Numbered from the stretch's first letter, positions 26,734-39,733 are shown. The stretch is 64,000 nucleotides of DNA from an uncultured Prochlorococcus sp. (GCA_902618335.1 CACNAI010000002.1:7828-71827); one strand, 5' to 3'. The notes: generated by a model from the sequence alone, not told the origin. Made by a program: numbers and translations.

Positions 26734-27819
26734 TTATGTTTCTGCAGATAATTGAAATTTAGAGAGATTATCTTTTTCATCAAAATCAAATACTTTACAA
26801 AAAGCTTGAATAACTCTTTCACCTGAATCAACTTGTTCTAAAGGATCTTTTCTAAGTCTATGTCTCAAAGAACAAGAAATAACTCTTGCTATGTCATCTT
26901 CTTGTACTTCAGTTCTTCCCTCAAAAGCTGCGATTGCCCTTGCGGATCGATTTGTAACAATATCTCCACGCAAACCATCAACATCAAGTTCTCCGCAAAT
27001 TGCAGAAATATTTAATCTAAGGTCATCATCCATATGAACAGAATTTAAAATTTCTTGAGCTTTAATTACCTTTTGTTGAAGTTCATCCTGCTGTTTCTCA
27101 ACACTTAATGAAAACTCATCAGGATTATCATCAAAAGAAGTCCTTTGATCAACTACCTGAACTCTTAATTCAGCATCTCTTACAGTCTTTACCTCAACAC
27201 TCATTCCAAACCTGTCCAATAGCTGAGGCCTTAATTCCCCTTCTTCTGGATTTCCTGAGCCAATAAGAACAAATCTGGCTGGATGTCGAACTGATACGCC
27301 CTCCCTTTCAACTGTATTCCATCCAGAAGCAGCCGAGTCTAAAAGTACGTCAACTAAATGATCATCAAGCAAATTAACTTCATCAACATATAGTAACCCT
27401 CTATTAGCTTTTGCTAATAACCCAGGTTCAAATGCCTTAACACCCTCACTCAAAGCCTTTTCTATATCAATTGTTCCACAAAGCCTGTCTTCAGTAGCCC
27501 CTAAAGGCAAATCAACCATAGGTACTTGTTTTTTAACACTCTCTAGATTTTCTCCTTGAACAATTTTTTCTAAAACTTCTTTACTCTGCAAATCTGGATC
27601 AAGTAAAGAACTATTGTATGGATCGTCTTTAACAACGTCAATTGCAGGCAACAAATCAGCTAAAGCTCTTATTGTCGTAGACTTACCTGTTCCTCTATCA
27701 CCCATTATCATCACTCCTCCAATTCTTGGATCAATAACATTTAACAAAAGTGCTAACTTCATTTCTTCCTGACCAATTACAGCTGTAAAAGGAAAAACTC
27801 TTCTCTTCTTTGTTTTCAC
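26734..27819 (-). CDS. chlI: Magnesium chelatase ATPase subunit I
   Basis: [39 protein letters not shown]. Confidence 0.97.
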   Translation of the reverse strand: MKTKKRRVFPFTAVIGQEEMKLALLLNVIDPRIGGVMIMGDRGTGKSTTIRALADLLPAIDVVKDDPYNSSLLDPDLQSKEVLEKIVQGENLESVKKQVPMVDLPLGATEDRLCGTIDIEKALSEGVKAFEPGLLAKANRGLLYVDEVNLLDDHLVDVLLDSAASGWNTVEREGVSVRHPARFVLIGSGNPEEGELRPQLLDRFGMSVEVKTVRDAELRVQVVDQRTSFDDNPDEFSLSVEKQQDELQQKVIKAQEILNSVHMDDDLRLNISAICGELDVDGLRGDIVTNRSARAIAAFEGRTEVQEDDIARVISCSLRHRLRKDPLEQVDSGERVIQAFCKVFDFDEKDNLSKFQLSAET

Positions 27820-27941
27820 AGTTTTAGTTTTCTTTATTATTCAAATAATCTGTTGATATTACTTCAGAAAATGTTTTTAGTAAATATCCCTATCAAATTA
27901 AACTTACAGATAGAAAATAATTTAATTTGATTAATATTTTC

Positions 27942-28691
27942 CTAATTTCTTTTTGAATTGTTCAGATACCAGTTTATTTGATGGACAATTCCTCTTAAAA
28001 CATTTATTTCGTGCATGGATGTATTTGCCCTAAAAATGTAATTCTTAAATTTACTTATTTTTGCTCTAGAGGTATGTTTTAAAAGATATCCAACACCCAG
28101 AAGCATTTCCTCTATCTCTACGAATGAATCATGAATTTGTTTTGATGATGCGAGATTAAAAACTTGTTGTTCGCTATTTAGATTTCTTTTAGAGGACTTC
28201 TTTAATTCATACAAAAATATAGAAACTGCATGAGAAAGATTTAATGATGGGTTATTTTTAGAAGTAGGAATATTAAAAGTCTTATTCGCCAGAAGTAATT
28301 CATCATTAGTCAAACCTCTATCTTCTCTGCCAAATATAATTGCTAAATTATTAATCTTTTTAAAAGAAGAAATCCAATTAAATAAATCTTCAGAAGATTC
28401 AAAAAATGAATTTTTACTTATTTCAACCCTTCCACAAGATGCGATAACTAAATCACAATCAAAAATTGCATTTTCAAGATCCTCAAAAATTTTGCAATTA
28501 TCAAGATATTTTTGGCCCTTAAGGGCCATTTTTTTTGCTTCTAAAGATTTTATATTGCATTTTGGAGAAACTATTCTTAATTCTTCAACTTCAAAGTTGG
28601 AGCATAATCTTGCTACGCTCCCAACATTTAAAGGACCACTTGGTTCAACTAGTATGACCTTTAAATTACCAACATTATTCTGAAAGTTCAT
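27942..28691 (-). CDS. SPOUT RNA methyltransferase, TrmJ/LasT family
   Basis: LVEP.GPLNVGSVAR, FGREDRGL, SLNLSHAV. Confidence 0.9.
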   Translation of the reverse strand: MNFQNNVGNLKVILVEPSGPLNVGSVARLCSNFEVEELRIVSPKCNIKSLEAKKMALKGQKYLDNCKIFEDLENAIFDCDLVIASCGRVEISKNSFFESSEDLFNWISSFKKINNLAIIFGREDRGLTNDELLLANKTFNIPTSKNNPSLNLSHAVSIFLYELKKSSKRNLNSEQQVFNLASSKQIHDSFVEIEEMLLGVGYLLKHTSRAKISKFKNYIFRANTSMHEINVLRGIVHQINWYLNNSKRN

Positions 28692-29074
28692 TCAAGGCTA
28701 TGAAGATATTTTAATAAATTGGACATATTTACAGGATCAATTTCAAAACTAGGCATAGGAGGAGTAAGACCACCAGTAACTTGTTTTATTATCTCTTTAT
28801 CATTCAAACGTTGAGTTATTGAGTGTAAGTCTGGACCCACTAATCCTCTTGCTGTAATTCCATGACATCCGACACAATTTACCTTAAAAAGAGCATCTCC
28901 TTCCTCGACAGATCCATTGTGCTCAAGAGTCTCAATAATATAATTATTTTTTTCCTTGTGATTGAGGAAAAATATTGAAAAACTTATCAAAAAAACAATA
29001 AAAAAAATAAAAAACTTTTTTAAGAATGCCTTTTTTAGGTCTATTTCTGCTGCAGATGATGAAGATGTTGACAC
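28688..29074 (-). CDS. cytM: Cytochrome cM
   Basis: CVGCHG heme motif, [14 protein letters not shown]; N-terminal TM; divergent from petG. Confidence 0.9.
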   Translation of the reverse strand: MSTSSSSAAEIDLKKAFLKKFFIFFIVFLISFSIFFLNHKEKNNYIIETLEHNGSVEEGDALFKVNCVGCHGITARGLVGPDLHSITQRLNDKEIIKQVTGGLTPPMPSFEIDPVNMSNLLKYLHSLE

Positions 29075-29129
29075 AAAAAATAGTCTCTATGTAACAATTG
29101 TGAATAATAAATTCAAAAAAGGCAAAAAA

Positions 29130-29249
29130 ATGATCGAGCCTCTTCTTTGTGGAATTGTTTTAGGGTTAGTTCCAATAACTCTTCTAGGCTTATTCGTAAG
29201 TGCGTGGAATCAATACAGAAGAGGCTCAGGTATGTTGGACATTGATTAA
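29130..29249 (+). CDS. petG: Cytochrome b6f subunit V (PetG), 39 aa
   Basis: [32 protein letters not shown]; real start is ATG 29130 within track ORF 28962..29249. Confidence 0.96.
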   Translation: MIEPLLCGIVLGLVPITLLGLFVSAWNQYRRGSGMLDID

Positions 29250-29825
29250 AAATGTCAATCTTGACTGTCCATAGTCTCTGACATCTATAGTTTCCCATAA
29301 AATACTTTTTTTAATATTTAGGTCTGGCGAATGTTCACAAATTACTATTGAATCTTTTTTTAAAAAATTACAATTAAATATTTGATTTAAAACTAATTCA
29401 TAGAAATTCACTTGGTATGGGGGGTCGAGATAAATAAAATCAAATTTTAAATTGTCTAAATCCATAATTTTAGATGATAAATTTCTTTCGTAATTTGGTT
29501 TTGTCCATCTCAAAACGTCTTTACAAATAACATCAAAATCATTTTTTCTTTTCTCTATATTCTGCAACGATAGTAGATTTTTCAAGCAAATTTTTGAGTT
29601 GTTTTTGTTCTTCTCTACTGCAATAATTTTTCTTGCCCCATGATTATATGCTTCACAAGATATGGCTCCTGTTCCACTAAATAAATCTAACCAATTACTA
29701 TTTTCAACTTTATTCTTTAAGATGTTGAATAAAGCCTCTCTGACTCTCAAAGTTGTAGGCCTTGTGTAATAATCATTTGGACTTTGAAGTTTTTTACCAC
29801 CTATTAATCTTAAGTTTGTCTTCAT
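29226..29825 (-). CDS. rsmD: 16S rRNA m2G966 methyltransferase RsmD
   Basis: [24 protein letters not shown]. Confidence 0.93.
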   Translation of the reverse strand: MKTNLRLIGGKKLQSPNDYYTRPTTLRVREALFNILKNKVENSNWLDLFSGTGAISCEAYNHGARKIIAVEKNKNNSKICLKNLLSLQNIEKRKNDFDVICKDVLRWTKPNYERNLSSKIMDLDNLKFDFIYLDPPYQVNFYELVLNQIFNCNFLKKDSIVICEHSPDLNIKKSILWETIDVRDYGQSRLTFLINVQHT

Positions 29826-29838
29826 CCGTAATTATCTG

Positions 29839-30456
29839 TTATTGAATATTACAAAGCCATTTTCTCAAAAGTTGTTCCCCAGTTTTACCCGATTTTTCTG
29901 GATGAAACTGACATGCCAATAAATTATCTTTCTCAATCATCGCAGTTAATTTCTCAGAACCATAATCAATCTGGGCTGCAATAATATTAAAGTCATCTGG
30001 GATTGCATGATAGGAATGCACAAAATATACCCAATTATCTAATTCTTCAAGCTTTAATAAGGTATTTGGTTTTGTTGGTAAAAGTTGGCACCAACCCATG
30101 TGAGGGATTCTTTGGTCCACGACCCTAGGTATTTTTTTTATTTTTCCTTTTAAAACACCTAGTCCTTTTAATTTGCCTTCATCACTTGATTCAAAAAGGA
30201 GTTGAAGACCTAAACAAATCCCCAAGAAGGACTTTCCGCTATTAATCCAATTTTTTAAATCAGTTATCAAATTCGTATTTATTAAATTAATCATTGCAGG
30301 ATCAAATGAGCCGACTCCAGGAAGAATTAATGCCTTACAAGCTTTTGAATCTTTAAAATTTTTAATTAAAAGTATCTCTTCTCCAAGACTTTCTAGAGAT
30401 TTAGTTACGGAATGGATATTACCCATCCCATAGTCTATAAGCCCAATTTTATGCAA
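29839..30456 (-). CDS. hisH: Imidazole glycerol phosphate synthase glutaminase subunit
   Basis: DYGMGN, LPGVG, GICLG, YFVHSY, QFHPEKS. Confidence 0.96.
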   Translation of the reverse strand: MHKIGLIDYGMGNIHSVTKSLESLGEEILLIKNFKDSKACKALILPGVGSFDPAMINLINTNLITDLKNWINSGKSFLGICLGLQLLFESSDEGKLKGLGVLKGKIKKIPRVVDQRIPHMGWCQLLPTKPNTLLKLEELDNWVYFVHSYHAIPDDFNIIAAQIDYGSEKLTAMIEKDNLLACQFHPEKSGKTGEQLLRKWLCNIQ

Positions 30457-30465
30457 CGCTCTTTT

Positions 30466-30789
30466 TTATAAATGCTTGGTCAAAGTGCTCGAAAGAGTAG
30501 CCTTTGGTACGGCTCCAACGACTGTATCAACCTTTTGACCTCCTTTAAAAATCATTAATGTCGGAATACTTCTAATTCCATATTGACTCGCAACATTTGG
30601 GTTTTCATCTGTGTTTAATTTAAAAACTTTAATTTTCCCTTCAAAGTCTTTTGAAATTTCTTCAACTACTGGCGCGACCATCCTACAGGGACCGCACCAG
30701 GGTGCCCAAAAATCAACCAATACTGGCAGATCACTTTGCAGTACATCCTTGTCAAATGAAGAATCAGTTACGGCTGGAGCTGATGACAT
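30466..30789 (-). CDS. trxA: Thioredoxin (m-type)
   Basis: WCGPC active site. Confidence 0.97.
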   Translation of the reverse strand: MSSAPAVTDSSFDKDVLQSDLPVLVDFWAPWCGPCRMVAPVVEEISKDFEGKIKVFKLNTDENPNVASQYGIRSIPTLMIFKGGQKVDTVVGAVPKATLSSTLTKHL

Positions 30790-30880
30790 AATTTAAGTTT
30801 TCCTTTAGAAAATTTAGCAAGCAAATCTTTTTAATGATGATTTCATTACAGATAAAACAATATAAGTAACAAAACATCTA

Positions 30881-30937
30881 AAAAAAGCCCGATTAATCGG
30901 GCGATTTAGTGTGTGAGGAGTATGGGGTTACCCCCAT
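30881..30937 (-). ncRNA. yfr1: Yfr1 sRNA
   Basis: ATGGGGGTAACCCCAT hairpin, then ACTCCTCACAC, then GCCCGATTAATCGGGC-T6 terminator; canonical guaB-trxA position. Confidence 0.95.
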
Positions 30938-31020
30938 TATTTAATAATAACTCCAAATGAGAAAATTGTTTAATCTAAAAAACTTAATTCATTAATATTT
31001 CATATTTTGCACTACACAAA

Positions 31021-32184
31021 CTATTTACCCATCCCAAGCTGCTGAGCTTTTTGATAAACCTTACCCTCTGTGAGAAGAGATGGTGCAATAACTATTTCAA
31101 CCTCTTGCATTTCTTTAATATTTTTAGCTCCAAGAGTACTCATTGATGTCCTAATAGCCCCTAATAGATTATGTGTGCCATCATCAAGCAATGCAGGACC
31201 TTTAATTATTCTTTCTAAAGATCCTGTAGAGCCAACTTCAATTCTTGTACCTCTTGGCAATATAGGACTTGGAGTAGCCATACCCCAGTGAAATCCTTTA
31301 CCTGGAGCATTTGATGATTTAGCTATTGGCGAGCCAATCATTACAGCGTCTGCACCACATGCTAAACATTTACAAATATCTCCGCCCGTCACAATTCCTC
31401 CATCACCAATTATAGGAATATAACGACCAGTTTCTTTAAAATAATCATCTCTCGCCAAACTACAATCTGCAATTGCAGTTGCTTGAGGGATTCCAATGCC
31501 TAGTACACCTCTTGAAGTACAAGCTGCTCCAGGACCAATGCCAACCATTAATCCTGCAATTCCAGCCTGCATAAGAAGTTTAGCAACGTCATAAGAAACA
31601 CAATTACCTGCTACAACTGGTGCTTTCATAGATTGACAGAGATCTTTAATATTTAAGGTTTCCTTACCTTCCATACCAATATGTTCAGTTGAAACGACTG
31701 TTCCTTGAAGAAAAAATAAATCTATTTTTGAATTATTTAGAGTTTCTTGAAACTTAATAGCTGCTTGAGGAGTTCCACTTAGTGCAGCAATACCTCCTCT
31801 CTCTTTAATCTCATTTATTCTTTGTAAAATTAAATCCTTCTTAATGGGTTCACTGTATATCTTCTGCATCAATGGAACAAAATCATTTTTTCCAACTGCT
31901 GCTATTTGATTTAGTATTTCGTCAGGATTTTCATATCGTGTTTGAATTCCCTCCATATTGATAACTCCTAGGGCACCTAATTTGGTAAGTTCTACAGCCG
32001 TATTAACATCAACGACGCTATCCATAGCACTAGCAATAATCGGAACTTCTCTCTTTAAGTCACCAATTAACCATGAGGGATCAGTTAAATCGTAATCAAG
32101 CGTTTTGTTGCCAGGGACTAACGCAATTTCGTCAATACCATAAGCTCTTCTGACTTTTTTATTTAAACCAAAATCAATATTCAC
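31021..32184 (-). CDS. guaB: IMP dehydrogenase-family protein (GuaB3 type)
   Basis: RAYGIDEIALVP, ASAMD, GIGPGAACTSR. Confidence 0.93.
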   Translation of the reverse strand: MNIDFGLNKKVRRAYGIDEIALVPGNKTLDYDLTDPSWLIGDLKREVPIIASAMDSVVDVNTAVELTKLGALGVINMEGIQTRYENPDEILNQIAAVGKNDFVPLMQKIYSEPIKKDLILQRINEIKERGGIAALSGTPQAAIKFQETLNNSKIDLFFLQGTVVSTEHIGMEGKETLNIKDLCQSMKAPVVAGNCVSYDVAKLLMQAGIAGLMVGIGPGAACTSRGVLGIGIPQATAIADCSLARDDYFKETGRYIPIIGDGGIVTGGDICKCLACGADAVMIGSPIAKSSNAPGKGFHWGMATPSPILPRGTRIEVGSTGSLERIIKGPALLDDGTHNLLGAIRTSMSTLGAKNIKEMQEVEIVIAPSLLTEGKVYQKAQQLGMGK

Positions 32185-32363
32185 GGAATTTACCTTCTAT
32201 TCTGAATAAATTAACAACTAAAGGGGTAATAAGCCAAGGTTTATTCAAAAACAACAGGTTTTTTTTTAATTTGTGTGTAAATGTGAGTATTTGAGAATTA
32301 AAAATATCTTTTTTTTTATTCATTATGACAATCAGCGATTATTATTAAAAAAAGGTTTTTCGT

Positions 32364-34961
32364 ATGTCTGATATTGAAGATTTTGGAAACTCTGGATTAA
32401 GCGAAGATAACGATCGAATTATTCAGACCGACTTAAGAAATGAGATGTCTCGTTCTTATCTAGAGTATGCAATGAGCGTTATAGTTGGTCGTGCTCTACC
32501 AGATGCAAGAGATGGATTAAAGCCGGTTCATAGAAGAATTCTTTATGCAATGTATGAACTTGGTTTGACTAGCGGTAGACCTTATAGAAAATGTGCGAGG
32601 GTTGTTGGGGAAGTACTTGGTAAATACCATCCCCATGGAGATACTGCCGTCTATGATGCTTTAGTTAGGATGGCTCAAGATTTTTCTATGAGAATGCCAC
32701 TTATAGATGGTCATGGAAATTTTGGTTCTGTAGATAACGATCCTCCCGCAGCAATGAGATATACAGAGTCTCGACTAAAGTCTCTCACAGATGAAAGTTT
32801 ACTAGAAGATATTGAATCTGAGACTGTAGATTTCGCCGATAACTTTGACGGTTCTCAACAAGAGCCAACGGTTCTGCCTGCAAGAATTCCTCAACTACTT
32901 TTAAATGGATCTTCTGGAATAGCAGTAGGAATGGCAACTAACATTCCACCCCATAACTTAGGAGAATTAATCAATGGTCTCAAATCATTAATTAAAAATC
33001 CTTCTATCGAAGATAGAGAACTTTTTGAACTAATTAAGGGTCCTGATTTTCCCACTGGTGGTCAAATTTTAGGAAAAGATGGTATCAGAGAAACTTTTAA
33101 AACAGGAAGAGGTTCAATAACTATGAGAGGTGTAGCAAATATTGAACAAATTAAATCAGCTGGTAGAGCGGAAAAAGATGCTGTAATAATTACAGAACTC
33201 CCTTTCCAAACTAATAAAGCAGCCTTGATAGAAAGAATTGCAGACTTGGTTAATGAAAAGAAATTAGAGGGAATTTCTGATATTAGAGATGAAAGTGATC
33301 GAGATGGTATGAGAATTGTTATCGAGCTAAAAAGAGATGCCTACCCACAGGTAGTTTTAAATAACTTATTTAAGTTGACTCCTCTGCAAAATAACTTTAG
33401 TGCGAATATTCTAGCCTTAGTTAAAGGAGAGCCTACAACACTCTCATTAAGAAGAATGTTGGAAGTATTTCTTGATTTTAGGGTAGAGACAATAAGAAGA
33501 AGGACTACATTTTTATTAAAAAAGGCAGAAGAGAGAGATCATATTGTGAAGGGCCTTTTATTAGCCTTGAGAGATATGGATAAAATAATAAATCTAATAA
33601 GATCAGCCAAAGATACAGTTTCAGCTCGAGAAAAATTACAAACTGATCATGAGTTATCTTCCACACAGGCAGAAGCAATTTTGCAAATGCAGTTAAGAAG
33701 ATTAACAGCTCTTGAGGCAGACAAAATTAAAGCGGAACATGAGGAATTGACCCAAAAAATCAACCAATACCAGCAAATATTAAATAGTAAAGAAAGAATT
33801 TTTGAAATTATTCTTGAAGAACTTAAGAAAATCGATGAAAGATTTTCCTCTCCAAGAAAAACAGAAATACTTGATTTAGGAGGCGGTCTAGATGATATTG
33901 ATCTAATAGCCAATGACAGATCAGTAGTTTTGTTAACTGAAGCAGGATATTTAAAAAGGATGCCTGTTAATGAATTTGAATCTACTAGCCGAGGGTCAAG
34001 AGGTAAAGCTGGCACGAAGTCCCAAGGAGATGATGAAGTTAAATTATTTATAAGCTGCAACGATCATGATACTCTCTTACTATTTAGCGATAGAGGTGTC
34101 TCTTATGCTCTCCCTGCATATAGAGTTCCAATGAGTAGCAGAACGGCAAAAGGCACTCCATCTGTTCAACTTCTTCCAATACCAAGAGAAGAAAAAATAA
34201 CTTCACTAGTAGCAGTGGATTCTTTTGATAACAATTGCTATTTATTGATGCTAACAAGGGCAGGATTTATAAAGAGAACTTCACTTTCTGCTTTCTCAAA
34301 AATTCGCTCAAATGGGTTAATTGCAATTAATCTTGAAGATGGAGATGCCCTAACATGGGTCAGATTATCAAAAGAAGGAGATAGTGTTTTAATAGGATCA
34401 AGAACAGGGATTGCTATTCATTTCAGATTGGATATTAACGAATTAAGACCACTTGGTAGGACAGCAAGGGGGGTTAAATCTATGAACTTGAGAGATGGAG
34501 ATAATCTAGTATCCATGGATGTTTTGACAGCTGATTTAGTTGATCAGTTGGCCAAAGCTGAAGATCCTACTGAAGAAACTGATGAAAATCTTGAATCCAA
34601 TTCTTCAGAAGGTCCTTGGGTATTAATAGCCAGCGCTTTCGGACTAGGTAAGAGAGTACCCGTAAATCAGTTTAGATTACAAAAGAGAGCAGGGATGGGT
34701 TTAAGAGCAATAAAATTCAGAATTAAAGATGATGCATTAGTTTGCTTGAAGGTCCTTGGAGAAGGAGAAGAATTACTTTTTGTTACCGAAAAAGGAGTAA
34801 TAGTAAGAACAAATGCAGATAAAATTTCTCAGCAATCAAGAGCTGCTACTGGAGTAAAACTACAAAGACTGGATGAGGGTGATCATTTATCAGAAGTGGT
34901 TTTAGTTCCTCGTGAACAAATAGAAGAAACAGACCAAGTTGGCTCAGGTGAAGAAAGTTAA
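32364..34961 (+). CDS. gyrA: DNA gyrase subunit A
   Basis: [22 protein letters not shown] (catalytic Tyr), beta-pinwheel C-terminal repeats. Confidence 0.97.
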   Translation: MSDIEDFGNSGLSEDNDRIIQTDLRNEMSRSYLEYAMSVIVGRALPDARDGLKPVHRRILYAMYELGLTSGRPYRKCARVVGEVLGKYHPHGDTAVYDALVRMAQDFSMRMPLIDGHGNFGSVDNDPPAAMRYTESRLKSLTDESLLEDIESETVDFADNFDGSQQEPTVLPARIPQLLLNGSSGIAVGMATNIPPHNLGELINGLKSLIKNPSIEDRELFELIKGPDFPTGGQILGKDGIRETFKTGRGSITMRGVANIEQIKSAGRAEKDAVIITELPFQTNKAALIERIADLVNEKKLEGISDIRDESDRDGMRIVIELKRDAYPQVVLNNLFKLTPLQNNFSANILALVKGEPTTLSLRRMLEVFLDFRVETIRRRTTFLLKKAEERDHIVKGLLLALRDMDKIINLIRSAKDTVSAREKLQTDHELSSTQAEAILQMQLRRLTALEADKIKAEHEELTQKINQYQQILNSKERIFEIILEELKKIDERFSSPRKTEILDLGGGLDDIDLIANDRSVVLLTEAGYLKRMPVNEFESTSRGSRGKAGTKSQGDDEVKLFISCNDHDTLLLFSDRGVSYALPAYRVPMSSRTAKGTPSVQLLPIPREEKITSLVAVDSFDNNCYLLMLTRAGFIKRTSLSAFSKIRSNGLIAINLEDGDALTWVRLSKEGDSVLIGSRTGIAIHFRLDINELRPLGRTARGVKSMNLRDGDNLVSMDVLTADLVDQLAKAEDPTEETDENLESNSSEGPWVLIASAFGLGKRVPVNQFRLQKRAGMGLRAIKFRIKDDALVCLKVLGEGEELLFVTEKGVIVRTNADKISQQSRAATGVKLQRLDEGDHLSEVVLVPREQIEETDQVGSGEES

Positions 34962-34985
34962 AAGACGAATGATTAACTAATTAAT

Positions 34986-36197
34986 ATGGAAATACTTGAT
35001 ATTTTAATTTTAGGTTCCGGTCCTGCAGCATTATGTTTAGCCTCAGAATTAGCCAAGCAGGATCTAAAAATAAAGGGCATATCAACAAAATCTCCAAATG
35101 AAAAATGGGAGAATACATATGGCATATGGGCATCTGAATTAGAGGAATTAGGATTAGAGTCTTTGTTATCGCACCGATGGTGTAAAACAGTTAGTTTTTT
35201 TGGAAACGGGGAAAATAAAAAAGGTGATTCTCCCACAAAACATAATTACGACTATGGATTAATAAATCAAGAAGCCTTTCAAAATGAACTTTTAAAGAAA
35301 TGTAAAGGGATTCAATGGTTAAATGAAACAGCAAAAGATATTGAAGAGAACAATAAACTGTCTGAGGTAATTTGTTTTTCAGGTCTAAGAATAAAAGCAA
35401 GATTAGTTATCGACGCAAGCGGTCATAAAAGTAATTTCGTAAAAAGACCCGTTCAAAATGAAATCGCTCAACAAGCTGCTTACGGAATTGTGGGTAAATT
35501 TTCCTCGCCACCTGTTAGTAAGGAACAGTTTGTTTTAATGGATTTTAGGCCAAATCATTTAACCAAAGAAGAAAAGTTATCATCTCCTTCCTTTCTTTAT
35601 GCTATGGATCTTGGAAATGAAACTTTTTTTGTTGAAGAAACCTCATTAGCTAGTTATCCAGCATTGTCGAACGAAATTCTTAAAAAAAGACTTTTTAAAA
35701 GATTAAATAGTAAGGGTATCAAGGTCAGTGAAATTATTCATGAAGAAAACTGTCTTTTCCCAATGAATTTACCCCTCCCATTTAAAAAACAATTTGTACT
35801 TGGTTTTGGAGGGTCCGCTAGTATGGTTCATCCTGCATCAGGATACATGATTGGATCTTTATTAAGAAGGGCTCCCCTCCTCGCAGAAAAATTAGCAATA
35901 TTTTTAAAACAACCAAATCTAAGTTCGCTAGAACTAGCCACTAAAGGTTGGGATATCCTTTGGCCTTATGAGTTAACACAAAGGCACAAACTTTATCAAT
36001 ATGGTCTAAGAAGATTAATGAGTTTTGAAGAAAGTAGATTAAGAAGTTTTTTCTCAAATTTCTTTAGATTATCGACTACTGAATGGGTAGGTTTTCTTAC
36101 TAATACACTTCCACTTCCAAAACTAATTTACGTTATGAGTAAGATGTTTATAAATTCACCTTTAAAAGTAAAACTAGGAATGCTCAAATTAAATTAA
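34986..36197 (+). CDS. crtL: Lycopene cyclase (CrtL type, probably beta)
   Basis: GSGPAA dinucleotide fold, FLYAMD, FVEETSL, VHPASGY. Confidence 0.9.
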   Translation: MEILDILILGSGPAALCLASELAKQDLKIKGISTKSPNEKWENTYGIWASELEELGLESLLSHRWCKTVSFFGNGENKKGDSPTKHNYDYGLINQEAFQNELLKKCKGIQWLNETAKDIEENNKLSEVICFSGLRIKARLVIDASGHKSNFVKRPVQNEIAQQAAYGIVGKFSSPPVSKEQFVLMDFRPNHLTKEEKLSSPSFLYAMDLGNETFFVEETSLASYPALSNEILKKRLFKRLNSKGIKVSEIIHEENCLFPMNLPLPFKKQFVLGFGGSASMVHPASGYMIGSLLRRAPLLAEKLAIFLKQPNLSSLELATKGWDILWPYELTQRHKLYQYGLRRLMSFEESRLRSFFSNFFRLSTTEWVGFLTNTLPLPKLIYVMSKMFINSPLKVKLGMLKLN

Positions 36198-37785
36198 TAT
36201 TTTTTCGCCAATCATCAATATTAATATTTGGGAAAATTTCATCCTCTTTCTCAATATCTTCAAGAAACTTTAAATTAACGTGAGAATGATTTTTTATCAT
36301 TTCAACTAATTTCCAGAACCTAAACAAGTGTCTTTCTATCCTTTCTTTTGCTAGCTCAGTTGTAGTTCCAGCCCTTAGGATAAAACTCCAATCAGAAGAC
36401 TCAGAGAGAAGTAATTCTCTCGCTGCTTGCTTATAAAGTCTTAAAGATAAGTCATTATTAAAATTTCTCGAGCATAAATCAACAAAAGTTGAGCCTGCTT
36501 TTGTAATCTCAGGAACGATCCAAGCATTTGAATCATTAAGCCAATAATTATGGTAGCCACCTTGTCCCCAGCTTGATGGCGATGGATCACAAATCTGAAG
36601 ATTTGGCTTTTGCAGTAAGAATTCTTTTAAATTTGTAAGCTTAATTGAATACTTATTAGAGTTCTTTAAAATATTTTCAATAAAGAAAGGCCCCTCATAC
36701 CACCAATGGCCAAACAACTCTGCATCAAATGGAGCCACCAATAAAGGCTTAAAGGAAGAGGATAAAGTTAATTTTTCTAATTGTTTAGATCTAGCAAGAA
36801 GATAAGCATTAGCATGTTCTTTACTCTTTTTTTTAGCATCATTTTCTAAGTAAAACTTCTTTTTCCCTAATGGGGCATTTTCATCTGTAATCTTATGAAA
36901 CTTTAGACCCAAAGGTCTTTTAGTTGAAATACCTTTCTTTTGGAGCTTGGAGATAGGTAATTCCCAACCTAGATCCTTATGAAACTCCCTATAAACTTTA
37001 TCGCCGGGGAATCCATCCTTAGCAGACCAAACTGGCAAAGTTGACTCACTATCTCTACCGAAGAATGCAACTCCTTTTTTCGAACAAATTGGAGCATATA
37101 CACCATACCTAGGCCTTGGTGTGGAATTAAGAATCCCGTGTCCGTCTAAGATTGCATATCTAATTCCAGATTCAACTAGTATTTCATCCAAATTCTCATA
37201 ATAGGCACATTCAGGTAACCAAATACCTAGAGGCTTAGTTCCAAAAATATTTTCATGGCTGCTAAGGGCTGTATTAATTTGTCCCTTAACAGTTTCAGGA
37301 TTCTCCCTTAAGATTGGCAAATATCCATGTGTAGCCGCACAAGTAAGAATATCCAAATTTCCAGAGTTATTTAAAACTCTAAACTTCTCAATTAAATTTC
37401 CAGAACATTGTTGCCAATATAAATATTTATTATCAAGATTTTTCATTAAAAATGCTGAAGCATTTTTTTCTTCTTGTGGTAATTCATTTAAAAAATCATT
37501 CCTTGTTTTAATCCAGCTTGGGAAAGTTTCTTGAATTTGTTTATTGTTTAAAAGCGACAATAACGTTGGAGACAAACTAATAGTGAGTTTTGTATTTGAA
37601 GGATTTTCATTTCTAGAAGATTCTATTGATTGAAGTAGTGGTATATAACATTCCAATATCGCCTGAAATAACCAATCCTCTTCTAACGAGTTTTTTTCAT
37701 TTTTTCTTACATAAGGAAGATGAGCATGTAAAACTATAGCTAGCTGACCTAAATAATTATTTTTTGGGTATTGCCCATTATTCAT
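36184..37785 (-). CDS. Glycoside hydrolase family 57 (DUF1957), putative branching enzyme
   Basis: HAHLPYV, WLPECAY, PFDAELFGHWWYEG, SSDW. Confidence 0.92.
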   Translation of the reverse strand: MNNGQYPKNNYLGQLAIVLHAHLPYVRKNEKNSLEEDWLFQAILECYIPLLQSIESSRNENPSNTKLTISLSPTLLSLLNNKQIQETFPSWIKTRNDFLNELPQEEKNASAFLMKNLDNKYLYWQQCSGNLIEKFRVLNNSGNLDILTCAATHGYLPILRENPETVKGQINTALSSHENIFGTKPLGIWLPECAYYENLDEILVESGIRYAILDGHGILNSTPRPRYGVYAPICSKKGVAFFGRDSESTLPVWSAKDGFPGDKVYREFHKDLGWELPISKLQKKGISTKRPLGLKFHKITDENAPLGKKKFYLENDAKKKSKEHANAYLLARSKQLEKLTLSSSFKPLLVAPFDAELFGHWWYEGPFFIENILKNSNKYSIKLTNLKEFLLQKPNLQICDPSPSSWGQGGYHNYWLNDSNAWIVPEITKAGSTFVDLCSRNFNNDLSLRLYKQAARELLLSESSDWSFILRAGTTTELAKERIERHLFRFWKLVEMIKNHSHVNLKFLEDIEKEDEIFPNINIDDWRKNINLI

Positions 37786-38011
37786 ACTATTTATAATTTA
37801 TGCCTGTAATTCTACAAAAAATCAAAATTAACCTTTTATAAAAAGGGAGCTTTAATCTTAAAAGAATACTTTAATAACTAAATTATTTTTAATTTTTTTT
37901 CATAATTTTAACTAATTTTGTTAAGTTATAAGCCTAGAAGATATTTTTATTGGACATAATCTAGTCAATTTTTTTTAATTAGCTTAAAATAAGCTTAGGT
38001 AATTCTCTCTA

Positions 38012-39652
38012 ATGTCCAAAGATCCTGGAAGAATTTTGATCTTTGATACAACTCTTCGAGATGGAGAGCAATCTCCTGGTGCCAGTTTAAATCTTGAAGA
38101 AAAGCTTGCAATAGCTCATCAATTAGCAAGATTAGGAGTAGATGTTATTGAAGCTGGATTCCCTTTTGCAAGTCCAGGAGATTTTAAAGCTGTCAATAAA
38201 ATTGCCAACGCTGTAGGGAAAGAAAATGGTCCTATAATATGTGGTTTAGCAAGAGCATCCAAAGGTGATATAAAAGCATGTTACGAAGCAGTAAGTCCAG
38301 CTCCAAAAAAAAGAATCCATACTTTTATTGCAACAAGCGATATACACCTTAAACATAAACTTAAAAAATCCAGAAAAGATGTACTTCAAATAGTTCCAGA
38401 AATGGTTAATTATGCAAAATCATTGGTAGATGATGTTGAGTTCTCTTGTGAAGATGCCTCCAGGAGTGATCCTGATTTTTTATACGAAATAGTCCAACTT
38501 GCCATCTCTGCAGGAGCAACAACAATAAATATCCCTGATACTGTTGGCTTTACAACTCCTAGCGAATTTGGAAAATTAATTTCCGATATAAATAAAAATG
38601 TTCCAAATATTGATGAGGCAGTAATCTCGGTTCATGGTCATAATGATTTGGGTTTGGCAGTCGCAAATTTTCTAGAGGCAGTAAAAAGTGGAGCGCGACA
38701 ACTCGAATGTACGATTAATGGGATTGGTGAAAGAGCAGGGAATGCATCTCTAGAAGAATTAGTAATGGCATTGCATGTTAGGAAAAGTTTTTTTAATAGC
38801 TTTTTTAAAAGAAGTGCGGATTCACCAACTCCACTTACTGCTATAAGAACAGAAGAAATAACAAAAACCTCTAGACTTGTTTCCAACCTAACTGGGATGA
38901 CTGTTCAGCCTAATAAGGCAATTGTGGGAGCTAACGCTTTTGCACATGAGTCAGGCATTCACCAGGATGGTGTTTTAAAAAATAGACTAACTTACGAAAT
39001 TATTGATGCAAAAACTGTTGGTTTGAGTGACAACAAAATATCTTTGGGTAAACTAAGTGGAAGAAGTGCGGTAAGAGCAAGGTTAGAAGAGATGGGATAT
39101 GACTTGAGCCGAGAAGATTTAAATGATGCGTTCGCGCGTTTTAAGGATTTAGCTGATAGGAAAAGAGAAATTACTGAAAGAGACTTAGAAGCAATTGTTA
39201 GTGAACAAGTGCAGCTCCCAGAAGCTAAATTTCAATTAAGTCTTGTACAAGTAAGTTGTGGTAACGCATCTAAACCTACCGCCACTATTTCGCTTCTAAA
39301 CACGGAAGATAATACCGAGGATACTGCTGTATCAATAGGTACTGGACCTGTTGATGCTGTATGCGAGGCTTTAAATAAATTAGCTAAAGTTCCTAATGAA
39401 TTAATTGAATTTTCTGTAAAGTCCGTAACAGAAGGCATCGATGCTTTGGGCGAAGTAACAATAAGAATAAGAAGAAATAATAAGATATATTCTGGCCATT
39501 CTGCTGACACTGATGTTGTAGTTGCCGCTGCTAATGCTTACGTTAATGCTTTAAATAGGCTTGTATTCTCTGAGAAAAAAAATTCAATTCACCCACAATT
39601 TGATAATTTAGAAAATCCTGAGAAAACATTTCTATCTAATCCTGCTAACTAA
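38012..39652 (+). CDS. leuA: 2-isopropylmalate synthase
   Basis: [33 protein letters not shown], regulatory C-terminal domain. Confidence 0.96.
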   Translation: MSKDPGRILIFDTTLRDGEQSPGASLNLEEKLAIAHQLARLGVDVIEAGFPFASPGDFKAVNKIANAVGKENGPIICGLARASKGDIKACYEAVSPAPKKRIHTFIATSDIHLKHKLKKSRKDVLQIVPEMVNYAKSLVDDVEFSCEDASRSDPDFLYEIVQLAISAGATTINIPDTVGFTTPSEFGKLISDINKNVPNIDEAVISVHGHNDLGLAVANFLEAVKSGARQLECTINGIGERAGNASLEELVMALHVRKSFFNSFFKRSADSPTPLTAIRTEEITKTSRLVSNLTGMTVQPNKAIVGANAFAHESGIHQDGVLKNRLTYEIIDAKTVGLSDNKISLGKLSGRSAVRARLEEMGYDLSREDLNDAFARFKDLADRKREITERDLEAIVSEQVQLPEAKFQLSLVQVSCGNASKPTATISLLNTEDNTEDTAVSIGTGPVDAVCEALNKLAKVPNELIEFSVKSVTEGIDALGEVTIRIRRNNKIYSGHSADTDVVVAAANAYVNALNRLVFSEKKNSIHPQFDNLENPEKTFLSNPAN

Positions 39653-39733
39653 ATTATTTCTTAGTAATATTAAGGAGCATTAAAAATGGACTCTTAATAA
39701 TGTAAATTAATCTAATAGTTAAAGCAATAAATA

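Noticed and set aside
28962-29129. N-terminal 56 aa of the 95-aa track ORF 28962..29249
   Set aside because: Artefactual extension antisense to cytM; the real gene is petG from ATG 29130
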